Assembly: GCA_002011125.2 (NCBI GenBank)
Contig: MTMF02000009.1
Span: forward strand, 1,640,989 to 1,704,988
DNA length: 64,000 nt
Direction of reading: 5' to 3'
DNA from: Candidatus Hydrothermarchaeum profundi
GTDB taxonomy: Archaea > Hydrothermarchaeota > Hydrothermarchaeia > Hydrothermarchaeales > Hydrothermarchaeaceae
This document shows, one piece after another, positions 20,861 to 31,076 of this stretch. A program made the position numbers and the translations under genes. Under the pieces are notes generated by a model that ran no database searches, was not told the origin of the DNA, and saw nothing but the letters and a program-made list of their open reading frames with translations. Every line of letters begins with the position of its first letter. The stretch's first letter is position 1.

Positions 20861-21604
20861 ATGGATATCGAAATAGTAGAAACAACTCCAATAAAAATGA
20901 ACGAACCCCTTATCCTAAGTGGCCTTCCAGAAGTAGGATTAGTAGGATCGATAGCAGCAATGCATGTGGTTGAGGAACTCAATATTAGAGAGGTTGGTTT
21001 TATAGAATCAGAATATATGCCGCCTGTTAGTGTGGTGCATAATAAAAAACTATTAAGCCCATTAAGGATGTATGCTGACTCCTCGTTAATACTAGTGCTC
21101 TCAGAGATTCCCGTACCACCTAGCATGTATTATCCTCTATCCAAAAAGTTAGCGATGTGGTATAAGAAAAAGAATCCTAGGATGGTAGTATTATTAGGGG
21201 GGATAGCTGTTCCTAACCGCGAGGAAATAGAAAAACCAAAAGTAGTTGGAGTAGCTTCCGACGAAGAGGCCCTCAGATTTCTAGAAAAAAACAATGTCGA
21301 AATTTTAGAAGAAGGATTCCTAGTAGGAATCCATAGTCTCATACTTAAAGAGTGTTCAAAGGGGGGCATACCCGCAGTTTACTTAATGGCAGAATCACAT
21401 TATGGAATACCAGATCCTGGGGCAGCGGCAAAAGTCCTTGAAACTCTAAACGAGGGATTTGGTTTGAATTTAGATGTAAAAAAACTAATAGAAAAAGATG
21501 AAGAGATCAGAGTCATGGCAAGAGACCTAATGAGGAGAACCACAGAATCAATGCGTGTGATGAGCAAACCACAGGAAGAGGATCTACCTGTGATGTATAG
21601 GTGA
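20861..21604 (+). CDS. Proteasome assembly chaperone (PAC2/Pba family)
   Basis: GLPEVGLVG, PLRMY, PDPGAAA; C-terminal HbYX motif (MYR). Confidence 0.9.
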   Translation: MDIEIVETTPIKMNEPLILSGLPEVGLVGSIAAMHVVEELNIREVGFIESEYMPPVSVVHNKKLLSPLRMYADSSLILVLSEIPVPPSMYYPLSKKLAMWYKKKNPRMVVLLGGIAVPNREEIEKPKVVGVASDEEALRFLEKNNVEILEEGFLVGIHSLILKECSKGGIPAVYLMAESHYGIPDPGAAAKVLETLNEGFGLNLDVKKLIEKDEEIRVMARDLMRRTTESMRVMSKPQEEDLPVMYR

Positions 21605-21605
21605 G

Positions 21606-22004
21606 GTGGGAGAGATGGAGAGAAAGGATTTTCTTAGTATTTTTAATCTAATAGAAGAAAGCTCAAGCTGGGATATCCACCGGAAATGCATGGAGCCTTT
21701 GATTTATATAAGCGAAACAAGTGATGAGATAATTATAACAGTGGACCTTCCCTGCGTCACAAAAGAGAATATAACGGTGAGAGCAACTGAAGACTCTATT
21801 GAGATAGAAGCCAAAGTAAGAACTCCACTGAAATTTGAAAGATGGGGCGTCAGACAGAGAGAAACGTTTTTCAGCTCTTTCAAGAAAGTTGTAAAATTAA
21901 GCTCAAAGATAGATACGGAAAAAGTGAAAGCAAAGTTTAGGAAAGGTATCCTCAAAATTGTAGCTCCTAAGATAATAAAAAAGAGAGAAATTAAAGTCGA
22001 ATAA
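21606..22004 (+). CDS. Small heat shock protein Hsp20
   Basis: EPL..I.E, VDLP.V.KENI, AKFRKGILKI. Confidence 0.9.
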   Translation: MGEMERKDFLSIFNLIEESSSWDIHRKCMEPLIYISETSDEIIITVDLPCVTKENITVRATEDSIEIEAKVRTPLKFERWGVRQRETFFSSFKKVVKLSSKIDTEKVKAKFRKGILKIVAPKIIKKREIKVE

Positions 22005-22073
22005 AATTTCCCTTACTGCAATTAACCTAAAAACCGCAACGGTATTATATGAGGGAATAGTAGAAAGTGAGAT

Positions 22074-22469
22074 ATGAAAGCCGCCACACTACTAGCAGTC
22101 CTTTTAATCGCAGGATGCCTAGGTAGTAGCCAGAGCATAAAGCTTAACATAGAAGTTGAGCCAAACAAAGTTGCTCTAGAGGAACCGGAACCTATAAGTA
22201 TTAAAGTAAATGCTATCAATATTGGACCATCCAGAGAAACCATATCCGCAGGAGTGACAGAGACCCAAGGCCTAAAAGTAATAGAGCCTAATAAAACAGT
22301 ATTTACATTAAAAAACGGCGAGAGTAGAACAATAGTCTTTACAGCATTGCTTACTACAGATGCAGTGCCTGGAGATTATATAATTGATGTACAAGTGAAA
22401 ACAGAAAGCGGAGAGATCGTACAAGACAGAGCAAAGATCACAGTGGTCCAAAAGAAAGGCCTATTATGA
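22074..22469 (+). CDS. Secreted lipoprotein with Ig-like domain
   Basis: Lipobox LIAGC; beta-rich with L..GES and AVPGDY. Confidence 0.75.
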   Translation: MKAATLLAVLLIAGCLGSSQSIKLNIEVEPNKVALEEPEPISIKVNAINIGPSRETISAGVTETQGLKVIEPNKTVFTLKNGESRTIVFTALLTTDAVPGDYIIDVQVKTESGEIVQDRAKITVVQKKGLL

Positions 22470-22470
22470 T

Positions 22471-22545
<75 letters not shown>

Positions 22546-22617
22546 TTCTTTTTGTTCAAATATTTTTAATTACGCAATGGCTTTCAGATCTGTTAACATC
22601 ACTTAGGTACATAATCA

Positions 22618-22779
22618 CTACTTTTGATTAACTTCATTTATAAAACCGAGTTCTTCAATATAGTGATGTATAGCTATTTCACAGAACTGTGCCCTTGACT
22701 TATAAAGACCTATGTTTACCTTATCATCTATCAATTTTACTAAACCTTCCGCTAACCTTAAATTCACGCTTACACTCAT
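22618..22779 (-). CDS. Ribbon-helix-helix (CopG/Arc) protein
   Basis: VSVNLRL..L...IDD.V..G.YKSRAQF..AI; ATG 22779 with GGAGGT RBS. Confidence 0.8.
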   Translation of the reverse strand: MSVSVNLRLAEGLVKLIDDKVNIGLYKSRAQFCEIAIHHYIEELGFINEVNQK

Positions 22780-22926
22780 ATTTATACCTCCTTTAATGTA
22801 ATAGTGCTTTCTCACGTAAATTTCTTTGTTTAAACATGCGGTAACCCATTAAAATTATATACAAAAAATTTCCAAGTAAATTTTTAACTTTATTTTATCA
22901 AAAGAATTCTACCGTATATTGAAATT

Positions 22927-23808
22927 CTACACAAGCTCCCCATTAGCTACTAAGAGAACCCTTCCCCCAACAAGTATCTCTATTTTGTTATCCCTAAGTT
23001 CCGCCTTTAGATAAATCAGAGAGGGTCTGCCAACCTCATACCCTTGTTCTACTTTAATGTCAATCCTCTCCTTACCAAAATAGCGATACTTAACAAGATA
23101 CCCTGCCAGAGCACCATTAGCACTTCCCGTAGCAGGGTCTTCAGGTATTCCATAGTACTCTGCAAAAACCCTTGCACTTATATCATTACTGCTATCCCGA
23201 GTTTCGGGACAAAATGCTAAAATAGCTTTAGATTGAGTACATTTTATTAACCGATAGTATCTATCCTTATTGACTTCTATCCTTTTCAATGCTCCTAGAC
23301 TCTTAAGCGGGACTATTATGAAAGAAAGTCCAGTAGAAGCTTCTTGAATAGGATAGCGTTCATCTATATCGCTCTTATCTATACCTAACACTCTAGAGAT
23401 AGACTTCGAATCCAAAATTTGACCAAAAGAGGGGTTAAATTGTTTCATCCATAGGGTGCTAACCTCTTTTCTACGATATTTCAATAGCACAGGTATTCTA
23501 CCAGACTTTAAGTCTAAGTTTATTGTAGGTGTTTGGCGCTTTAGAATTTCTTTTTGTATCACATAAGCAGACCCCAGTACTGGATGCCCCGCAAAATGTA
23601 TTTCTCTTTTTGGTGTAAAAATCCTAGTAGGATAACCTCCATTTTTTCTTTTAATAGAAACAAATGTTGTTTCAGAGTAATTCATTTCCATCGCGATTTT
23701 CTGCATTTCGTCAGATGAAAAAGCTTGGGTACCTAAAAATACCGCCAAAGGATTTCCAGTAAATCTTCTCTTAGCAAAAACATCCACTATGAAAAATTTA
23801 GATTTCAT
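22927..23808 (-). CDS. PhzF-family isomerase
   Basis: VDVF..GNPLAV, SETTF, FAGHP, EDPATGSA, EQG. Confidence 0.95.
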   Translation of the reverse strand: MKSKFFIVDVFAKRRFTGNPLAVFLGTQAFSSDEMQKIAMEMNYSETTFVSIKRKNGGYPTRIFTPKREIHFAGHPVLGSAYVIQKEILKRQTPTINLDLKSGRIPVLLKYRRKEVSTLWMKQFNPSFGQILDSKSISRVLGIDKSDIDERYPIQEASTGLSFIIVPLKSLGALKRIEVNKDRYYRLIKCTQSKAILAFCPETRDSSNDISARVFAEYYGIPEDPATGSANGALAGYLVKYRYFGKERIDIKVEQGYEVGRPSLIYLKAELRDNKIEILVGGRVLLVANGELV

Positions 23809-23811
23809 CCC

Positions 23812-24462
23812 TTATAGAATTCTAATCCCGCCAATTATAAATCCTACGCCAAACCAACATAAAAGCAATCCACAAGCACTAAAGACGATAGCATGTACTT
23901 TTCTTGTCCAAAGCTTCCTTGACTTAAAAACCGAAAAGGAAACAAACCAATCCCAAGCAAGGTCACAAAGCCAATGTACGACAGCGAACACTGCAAAACC
24001 AATAAACCCAAAGGTAGCAGCACGTGAGATTAATGTTAAGCCAACTGTAGCCCACCAGAGAATAAAATAAGGGTTTGACCCTGTTGCGAGTATCCCTCCT
24101 AATACGGGCCCATAACTAACATCTCTCTCACTATACTCGGGGTTTCCTCTAACTTTTATTAGACTTATCCCCATATATACTAAGAGTAAACCTCCAATTA
24201 TCCCTATAGCTCTAAGAAATAAAGTAGATGTAAGATAATTAGAAAAACCGAGATATATTAGAAGTATTAGAGGAATCTCCACTATACCGTGTCCGGCAGC
24301 AACCCATGCTCCAGCATTTTTGTCCTTATGCCCTTTTGCAATAGTTACAGTTAACACCGGCCCCGGTGCTAAAACACCCGATAAGGATACTACGACAGTT
24401 ATCGCTAGAAAACCTAATAGGCCAACATTATTGACCATCAAAAGCAATGATTCAATTCCCAT
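23812..24462 (-). CDS. LysE-family exporter
   Basis: SGVLAPGP, GHGIVE, SNPYFILWW. Confidence 0.9.
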   Translation of the reverse strand: MGIESLLLMVNNVGLLGFLAITVVVSLSGVLAPGPVLTVTIAKGHKDKNAGAWVAAGHGIVEIPLILLIYLGFSNYLTSTLFLRAIGIIGGLLLVYMGISLIKVRGNPEYSERDVSYGPVLGGILATGSNPYFILWWATVGLTLISRAATFGFIGFAVFAVVHWLCDLAWDWFVSFSVFKSRKLWTRKVHAIVFSACGLLLCWFGVGFIIGGIRIL

Positions 24463-24535
24463 GACTATTCCTCTTTGCTAGATCAAACCTTTGTGAAAAA
24501 ATTTTATAGATGAGTTATTTAAAGGATAACGTAGG

Positions 24536-24718
24536 ATGTCCAATATGGAGCACTGGAAGTGCACAATTGCGGATAGGAATACCATGGCCCATGGCTTACG
24601 AAACTTGCCTTACTGTGATAATAAGCACACTTTTATCGGCTTAACGGCTGATTGCAGGACTAATCCTACCCAAAGGGGTAAAAACTGTGATTTGTTCCCA
24701 ATTGGTAAGGTCTTATGA
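24536..24718 (+). CDS. Small Cys/His-rich hypothetical protein (60 aa)
   Basis: Fills the intergenic gap; ATGA overlap with the macrodomain gene; 4 Cys. Confidence 0.5.
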   Translation: MSNMEHWKCTIADRNTMAHGLRNLPYCDNKHTFIGLTADCRTNPTQRGKNCDLFPIGKVL

Positions 24719-25245
24719 TTATAAAGAAGATAAAAGATTCAGAAATCGTTTTAAAAAAAAGGGACATAACAGACGAAGAAACCGATGCAATAGTAAACGC
24801 TGCTAATGAGAGACTTATCCACGGAGGAGGAGTCGCTGGAGCAATAGTGAGAAAGGGAGGTAGAATTATTCAAGAGGAGTCTAATAAGATAGGAAGAGTA
24901 CGAGTGGGAGATGTTGCTGTTACTGGGGCAGGTGCACTAAAAGCGAAATATGTTATCCACGCCGTTGGACCTAGAATGGGGGAAGGAGAAGAGGATAAGA
25001 AATTAAAAAACGCGACTATAAACAGCCTTAAGAAAGCTGAAGAATTAAATTTAAAGAGTATAGCTTTCCCAGCAATAAGTACTGGCATCTTTGGTTTCCC
25101 CAAAGATAGATGTGCGCGCATAATGCTTAATAGCATCAAGGAATATCTAGAGAGGGATACATCAATCCAAAGAGTAGTATTCTGCTTATTCTCGGATAAT
25201 GATTATAAGATATTCGAAGAAACCCTCAACGAAATTTTAGGGTAG
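24715..25245 (+). CDS. Macro domain protein (MacroD-like)
   Basis: DIT, AIVNAAN..L.HGGGVAGAI, VIHAVGP, AISTGIFGFP. Confidence 0.95.
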   Translation: MIIKKIKDSEIVLKKRDITDEETDAIVNAANERLIHGGGVAGAIVRKGGRIIQEESNKIGRVRVGDVAVTGAGALKAKYVIHAVGPRMGEGEEDKKLKNATINSLKKAEELNLKSIAFPAISTGIFGFPKDRCARIMLNSIKEYLERDTSIQRVVFCLFSDNDYKIFEETLNEILG

Positions 25246-25884
25246 TTTGGAAGCGAATTCCCTTAAATCTCTGACCACATGATCGCCATTTATCCTCCCA
25301 GTTCTATCAATCAAAAAAGAGTTGATGCCCACCTCTCGTGGAACTTCAAAGTCGAACCTTTCGTGATCACCTATATGAGCTATCTCACTCGGCCTCACTT
25401 GGAGAATATCGCAAATTTGCCAGTAAAATTTATGAGACTTTCTTACGAGACCAAAATCTGAAGTAGAGGAAAAGATATAATCTAAGTAATCTTCTAACTC
25501 TACCAACGAGACCTCTAAGAATTCTCGAGAGGCATTAGAAGTCACAATTAATTCGTATCTACCAGACAAGTCTTTCAGTACCTCTTTTACCTCTGGGAAA
25601 ATCTTAACTTTATCTTTGTATTGCCTTATCAAATTCGCTGGATTACCTTCTAGACCGAGTTCTCTAAACCAATAATCCGGGAGATACCACCTTAAATCTT
25701 CATCACCTATTTCATCGTATTTTTTTCGCAAAATTTCTTTAGCTGCCTGAAAATCTATACTATATTTCATAGCGTACAGCCTAGGCATACCCTCATTCCA
25801 CACCAGATCTACAAATCCATGCTCGACGAGAGTTCCATCAACATCAAAAGACACTATCTTAATCATTTCTACCACAAAGCCCAT
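25237..25884 (-). CDS. HAD-superfamily hydrolase
   Basis: FDVDGTL, TSN, HIGD...D. Confidence 0.92.
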   Translation of the reverse strand: MGFVVEMIKIVSFDVDGTLVEHGFVDLVWNEGMPRLYAMKYSIDFQAAKEILRKKYDEIGDEDLRWYLPDYWFRELGLEGNPANLIRQYKDKVKIFPEVKEVLKDLSGRYELIVTSNASREFLEVSLVELEDYLDYIFSSTSDFGLVRKSHKFYWQICDILQVRPSEIAHIGDHERFDFEVPREVGINSFLIDRTGRINGDHVVRDLREFASKLP

Positions 25885-25981
25885 TTAGTTATCTTAACAT
25901 CTTTTAAAAAGGCTCTAATGAAGTTTTCTTCTAGATTAATAATCGCTGGATTTTTATAATAAGAATACGGGACTAGTATCT

Positions 25982-26401
25982 ATGAAAGTCGAAACAAAAT
26001 ATCTGTCGATTGACGTAAAAGCAGATGTAGATATAAAAGATATCACAAATGATGTTCAGAACGCTGTGCGAGAATCTGGAGTAAAAAATGGGATTGTAAC
26101 TATTTTCGTGCCTGGATCAACAGGCTCAGTAAGCACGATGGAATACGAGCCAGGCCTTTTAAAAGATATACCCCGAGCTTTGGAAACTATTGCACCTAGT
26201 AACATAGACTACGAGCATCATAAAACATGGCATGACGATAACGGTAAGAGCCATGTAAGAGCAACAATAATGGGCCCTAGCATTGTAGTGCCCATAGTAG
26301 ATGGTAGAGTAATACATGGCACCTGGCAACAAATAGTCTTTCTAAACTTTGATACTCGCCCAAGGAGAAGACAGGTTGTATTGCAGATTATGGGCCTTTA
26401 G
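25982..26401 (+). CDS. YjbQ/UPF0047 family protein
   Basis: GST, EYEPGL, DNG.SH, GTWQQI, D.RPR.R. Confidence 0.92.
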   Translation: MKVETKYLSIDVKADVDIKDITNDVQNAVRESGVKNGIVTIFVPGSTGSVSTMEYEPGLLKDIPRALETIAPSNIDYEHHKTWHDDNGKSHVRATIMGPSIVVPIVDGRVIHGTWQQIVFLNFDTRPRRRQVVLQIMGL

Positions 26402-27317
26402 ATAAAAAGTGCTCTACCTCTTTTAAGGTAGGGTAACTGCTCCAACCATACCCAGTAACGCTCAACGCTGCTGCTGCATTCGCAAACTTTAAACATCTTT
26501 CTAAGCTTTTTCCTTTTAAATAGTAGACTACAAAACCTGCACAAAATACGTCACCAGCCCCCGTAGTATCTACCTCATCTACCCTGAAAGCAGGCGCCTT
26601 AATCATATCATTTCCATCCGTTGCAAGACACCCTCCTTTACCCATCTTGATAACTACTAAAGGTACCCCCAGCTCAATATATCTACCGGCTAACTTTTCA
26701 ATTTCCTTTTCTTGAAGTACTCCTTTAATCCCTAAAATCCTTTTGGCCTCAGCTAAATTAGGAAAGAAAAGATCGACCTCAGGCAAAATCTTCTTCAGCG
26801 TATTAACCTTTTCTCTACTCCACCCGCCAGGGTCCCATCCGGTATCAAAGCTCTTCAAGGCATCAATACTCTCTATTAAATCTAGATAATGGCTTTGCAT
26901 TTTTTCTAACAAGAAAAAGGAGGGCAAGTGAACTAGGTCTGCTTTTATATCCTCTACGCAAATATCTTCAAGTGACAATTCGGAATTGCTTCCTCTATAT
27001 GTTATAAAAGACCTCTCATCTTTCTGTACGAGGGAGATAGTTACTCCGGTCTTACCGGAAGTTCTAACGCCACTCAAATTAACTCCGGATTTTTTCAAAA
27101 TATCAAGAACAAAGTTTGCAAATATATCATTTCCGAGTTTACCGAAGAGTTTGACTTTCATCCCCAACTTTGAACAAGCATAAGCAAAGTTTGCAGCACA
27201 TCCGCCGCCATGGATCTGTAAGTCATCAACCAATACCTGACGGCCTCTATAAGGCATCTTCTTTAAAGGAACTATCAAATCGACATTGATATCCCCAATC
27301 GAAGCTATATCGCTCAT
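26388..27317 (-). CDS. PfkB-family carbohydrate kinase
   Basis: GGCAAN, PNLAEA, DTTGAGD, ANAAAAL. Confidence 0.93.
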   Translation of the reverse strand: MSDIASIGDINVDLIVPLKKMPYRGRQVLVDDLQIHGGGCAANFAYACSKLGMKVKLFGKLGNDIFANFVLDILKKSGVNLSGVRTSGKTGVTISLVQKDERSFITYRGSNSELSLEDICVEDIKADLVHLPSFFLLEKMQSHYLDLIESIDALKSFDTGWDPGGWSREKVNTLKKILPEVDLFFPNLAEAKRILGIKGVLQEKEIEKLAGRYIELGVPLVVIKMGKGGCLATDGNDMIKAPAFRVDEVDTTGAGDVFCAGFVVYYLKGKSLERCLKFANAAAALSVTGYGWSSYPTLKEVEHFLSKGP

Positions 27318-29011
27318 GATGTTAGAATCTGGTAATACTTTTTAACAGGCTCAATCCAGTCCATATCTATAGCTAGGTGAAGAGCCTCGCCACAGATCAT
27401 CCTATACTTACTTCTATCCCTAAGATAATTTTTTGTCATACTTTCTAGTCCCATAGCATAATCCACTAAAGTCTCGAGATAGGGAGCCTCAACATTGTCA
27501 ACTACAATTACGCCCCCCATCAACCCTTCTCTCAGCCTCCATTCTCTAACTGCATCGCTAAAACCGCAGACCCTACTAATCACGACGGGCGTCCCCTCCT
27601 TTGCAGCTTCTAACCCAGTAAGCAAAAAAGGGTCATATTTAGAGGGGAATATACCTACAATACAAGCGGAAGCAACTTCATCAACCGTCATATTTAAACC
27701 TCCGTCGTCTTTTCCAACCCAAGTAGGATAAAGAACAGTAGATATCACCCTCCTTCCTGAGATCATGTCCTTAACATGCAATTTATGCTCATAAACCATA
27801 TTTTTTAGTCTTATCTCCTCGCCAACTAAGAGTTCATCTGGAAGATATACTGGAAAGCCTTTGGGAAGCTTACTTTTATCCTTCGGTCCATGGGCAGTTA
27901 TTAAGAAGCAAACTACACGGGAATCCTCATCTATCTTACCTTCTGCCATATGATGCTGTATAATCCTATCAAGTAAAGTAAGAGCCTTTAAAAGATCGGG
28001 GTACCCCTTATTTTTAAGTTCAATTCGTGAAATAGTGAAAATAGGAAGAATTTTTTCAGGGATTATCTCTTTACCATCATAGTATTCATAAATGTTATTT
28101 GAAAGAAACTCCTGAATCCTTTTGAGATTTCTTTCTTTTTTACTCCAATCTATCTCCGTATTTCTAACTCTTATCCCATTTCTAACCATCAGGCCATCGA
28201 TACCGTAAAAAAGCTTAGCTTCGCGCCTAGTAGAATCTCCAACAAAAGTTGCGTGATCAGCGTACTTAGCCAATGCTTCAAGATTCGCAAGCCCTACTGG
28301 AGTAAATGGAGGCCATGTCGGATCATTTGATGCAATTTTTTCTAATACTTTAGCCCCCCATCCCCTACCAGGTATGGTTGCATGCAATGTAGCGACATTG
28401 ATAACCCCAGAGCCAAGCCTCTTTAAACGTGCTCCAGCATAAAAAACACCGAACTCATGGCAATGAAGAGATACTTTCTCCGATAAAGAGAGTTCATTAG
28501 CAAAAGTTGAGATAAAATAAGATAACGCTAGATAATGCTCATATTCCTTTCCATAAGATTCTTTCTCGTATATTAGTGAGTCAAGTCCTACGAGTTCATA
28601 TGCCTCCTTTTTTATCTCATTTAATAGTGAATACTCTCGAGACTCGCTAGATCTCCCAGCGCAAGAAGAAGTATCGAAGAGAATATATCCTACATTAACT
28701 CCTTCCATCTTCGCAGAAGCCAATTTAATATCGCATTTTTCTCCAAGTTTTTCAATAGATTTTTTAACAGAACCGTCAATCTCTGATGACGCCAGTCCAT
28801 TAAGGTTTGTTATTCTACTTTTATCGGTATTCCAGTCTGAACCATGAGTTCTATAATACGGTCCTAGCATTATAATGTTGCATTCTTCTATTTCACCTTT
28901 TTTAATAAGATAGGCAAGAGTTTCCGCCTCTGCATTAATAACCTCCCATATTCCCCCTAATTTATTTGATATGGGACCGGCTTCTTCTCCAGATATTAAA
29001 ATGTATCTCAC
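27314..29011 (-). CDS. Glycogen synthase-like glycosyltransferase (GT3-like)
   Basis: NKLGGI, HCHEF, TLHAT..GR, SRIELKNKG.., GIFPSKYDPF..T.LEA; follows the GT3 motif order. Confidence 0.72.
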   Translation of the reverse strand: MRYILISGEEAGPISNKLGGIWEVINAEAETLAYLIKKGEIEECNIIMLGPYYRTHGSDWNTDKSRITNLNGLASSEIDGSVKKSIEKLGEKCDIKLASAKMEGVNVGYILFDTSSCAGRSSESREYSLLNEIKKEAYELVGLDSLIYEKESYGKEYEHYLALSYFISTFANELSLSEKVSLHCHEFGVFYAGARLKRLGSGVINVATLHATIPGRGWGAKVLEKIASNDPTWPPFTPVGLANLEALAKYADHATFVGDSTRREAKLFYGIDGLMVRNGIRVRNTEIDWSKKERNLKRIQEFLSNNIYEYYDGKEIIPEKILPIFTISRIELKNKGYPDLLKALTLLDRIIQHHMAEGKIDEDSRVVCFLITAHGPKDKSKLPKGFPVYLPDELLVGEEIRLKNMVYEHKLHVKDMISGRRVISTVLYPTWVGKDDGGLNMTVDEVASACIVGIFPSKYDPFLLTGLEAAKEGTPVVISRVCGFSDAVREWRLREGLMGGVIVVDNVEAPYLETLVDYAMGLESMTKNYLRDRSKYRMICGEALHLAIDMDWIEPVKKYYQILTS

Positions 29012-29069
29012 AGTTTTCTACTCCCAAAATCCTTGTTTTATAAAAGATTAGTATTAGCTAAAGCTTTTT

Positions 29070-29558
29070 TTAAATATCTTTTAAAATCCTTTCATAGTTT
29101 TTAACTTCTATAGCTTTAGGAGTTATATTTAAAACATCACGCGCTGTTATAACTCCTACCAGGATATCCCCATCTACCACCGGGAGCCTCCTAATCCTCC
29201 TTTCTATCATTAGTCTCGTTGCTACGCCAATATCTGTGGTCTTATCCACGGTTATAACCGGTGCACTCATTATGTTTTCAATTGCAACGTCAAAATTCAT
29301 TCGCTGCGCTATTACTTTTCGCACAAAATCTTTCTCAGTTACTATGCCGATTGGCCTACTCCCTTCAACCACGATCACAAAACTAGCATCCCTCTCCTTC
29401 ATCAAGTTTGCAACTTGGAAGAGAGTATATTTTTTTTCAACTGTCACAGGGTCAGTCTTCATAATCAGGCCTACTCCCCCTGCACGAGTCTCAGCCATCA
29501 TCCTCCGCAGTTTACCCATTCTAGCTCTAAGAAATTCTAGTTCCTCATCCTCTACCAT
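29070..29558 (-). CDS. CBS pair protein
   Basis: GIVTEKD; IRRLPVV..GVITARD. Confidence 0.9.
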   Translation of the reverse strand: MVEDEELEFLRARMGKLRRMMAETRAGGVGLIMKTDPVTVEKKYTLFQVANLMKERDASFVIVVEGSRPIGIVTEKDFVRKVIAQRMNFDVAIENIMSAPVITVDKTTDIGVATRLMIERRIRRLPVVDGDILVGVITARDVLNITPKAIEVKNYERILKDI

Positions 29559-29738
29559 CGCCCTTCAACAACCGCAACTTAAGTTAAAAGTAGTTCGTAT
29601 ACCGCCCTATTTAATCCTTACCCTATGTTAGAGAAGCATTGAATTTATTATTTTAAAAAAAATAAGCATAATTCCAATTTATCCAGTTTTAAATAGTTTA
29701 TTATACACTTTTTTTAGATTTCTGAGTGGGGTGATAGA

Positions 29739-30164
29739 ATGAAAAATTTTTTGCAAGATGAAAAAGGGCAATTAGTTGGAACTCCACTTAAACTTGTTAT
29801 ATCTGTAGTTATCGGAGTCGCAGTACTAGGCATTCTTTTACAAATGATGAATCTAGTCGGAGTAATGAATCCGCATTCATTTCTAGTAGAAGACGACTAC
29901 ATAATCGAAAACGGGATCACACCAAACACGAGAAGCATTACCTTAACAGTTAAAGATGAGAACGATGGGAGGCTTGTTAGAGGAGCAATAGTTGAGATAA
30001 AGGGCGCTGGTGCAAGTGATGCTGCAGTAACCAATAATGAGGGTAAAGCCACCTTAAAAGTCAGTTTCGACATTGCTGGAGCACCCTACGCAAAAACTAC
30101 AATAACCGTTTCAAAAGAAGGATACTCCAGGTGGACTAAAACTTACCTAGTAAAACAAAAATAA
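29739..30164 (+). CDS. Type IV pilin-like protein (probable major pilin)
   Basis: Class III signal peptide DEKG|QLVG.PLKLVISVVIGV; beta-sandwich C-terminus; GGGGTGA RBS. Confidence 0.7.
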   Translation: MKNFLQDEKGQLVGTPLKLVISVVIGVAVLGILLQMMNLVGVMNPHSFLVEDDYIIENGITPNTRSITLTVKDENDGRLVRGAIVEIKGAGASDAAVTNNEGKATLKVSFDIAGAPYAKTTITVSKEGYSRWTKTYLVKQK

Positions 30165-30172
30165 GTGTTAAA

Positions 30173-30592
30173 ATGGAAGAAATGCCTATACAACTTCTAC
30201 TTACCGTTATTTTATTTGGATTTACATTATCTGTAGGATTTAACGCATGGGATTATGCGAGATTAAATGAAGAAAAATTAGCCTGTTATGATTCTATTAA
30301 TACCTTTTTGATAAAATCCCAACTCGTTATTTCAGAGGCGCCAATGTCGCGTGAGAAATTAGACCTAATAGTTAAAGGGAAATCTGAGTTATATTTGCTA
30401 AACGAAGAAATAAACAATAGCCAAGTAGGTTTAATTAAGGCAGAATTCGCAGACGGCTCTCACTATCTTCAGGTGCTACCAGTTCCTTTTGTCGAAGAAC
30501 GGATTTTTAAATCTGGGGAATATTCACTATCGCTAATTCATATAAAAAATTCTCACGGAGATTTCTTGGGCGTGACCATAGATGCTGGTTGA
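30173..30592 (+). CDS. Pilin-like protein
   Basis: N-terminal EMPIQLLLTVILFG hydrophobic helix resembling a mature pilin N-terminus. Confidence 0.55.
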   Translation: MEEMPIQLLLTVILFGFTLSVGFNAWDYARLNEEKLACYDSINTFLIKSQLVISEAPMSREKLDLIVKGKSELYLLNEEINNSQVGLIKAEFADGSHYLQVLPVPFVEERIFKSGEYSLSLIHIKNSHGDFLGVTIDAG

Positions 30593-31076
30593 CTGGATGA
30601 TTCAAAAGACCGGAACGGTATTAACATTTTTTATAATTTCATGGACGCTATACAAGGTATATCTAATTAATGAAGAATATAATATCAATAATGAAATTGA
30701 AGAAACCTTAGAGGATCTCACTGAACAGATTGAAGTAGTATCAAATTCTGCTAAAGAATATTCGGTGGGAAAAAGTTTTTCAAAAATAATTGAACTCCCA
30801 GAGGATATTAGCGGGTTTCCATACATAATTACTATCGATCCAAAGGGAAGCATTGAGATAAATCTACTTAACAAGGAGATATCTAAGTTCACATTACTCC
30901 CGAAATCCGCTATAATCAACGCGAAGGGAGAAACTTGTTTAATTATCTCAGGATTCAATGAAAAAGGTAAAGTCTCTGTTGGAATACCTCTAAATGGTAT
31001 GAATAGAACTAGGAGCCTCAAAGTTACAAAAGGCAAGGACACTAATGTTTGCATTGAAATTTTAGCGATGAGTTAA
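30582..31076 (+). CDS. Minor pilin-like single-TM protein
   Basis: N-terminal TM, amphipathic helix, LPEDISGFPY.I motif. Confidence 0.55.
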   Translation: MLVDWMIQKTGTVLTFFIISWTLYKVYLINEEYNINNEIEETLEDLTEQIEVVSNSAKEYSVGKSFSKIIELPEDISGFPYIITIDPKGSIEINLLNKEISKFTLLPKSAIINAKGETCLIISGFNEKGKVSVGIPLNGMNRTRSLKVTKGKDTNVCIEILAMS

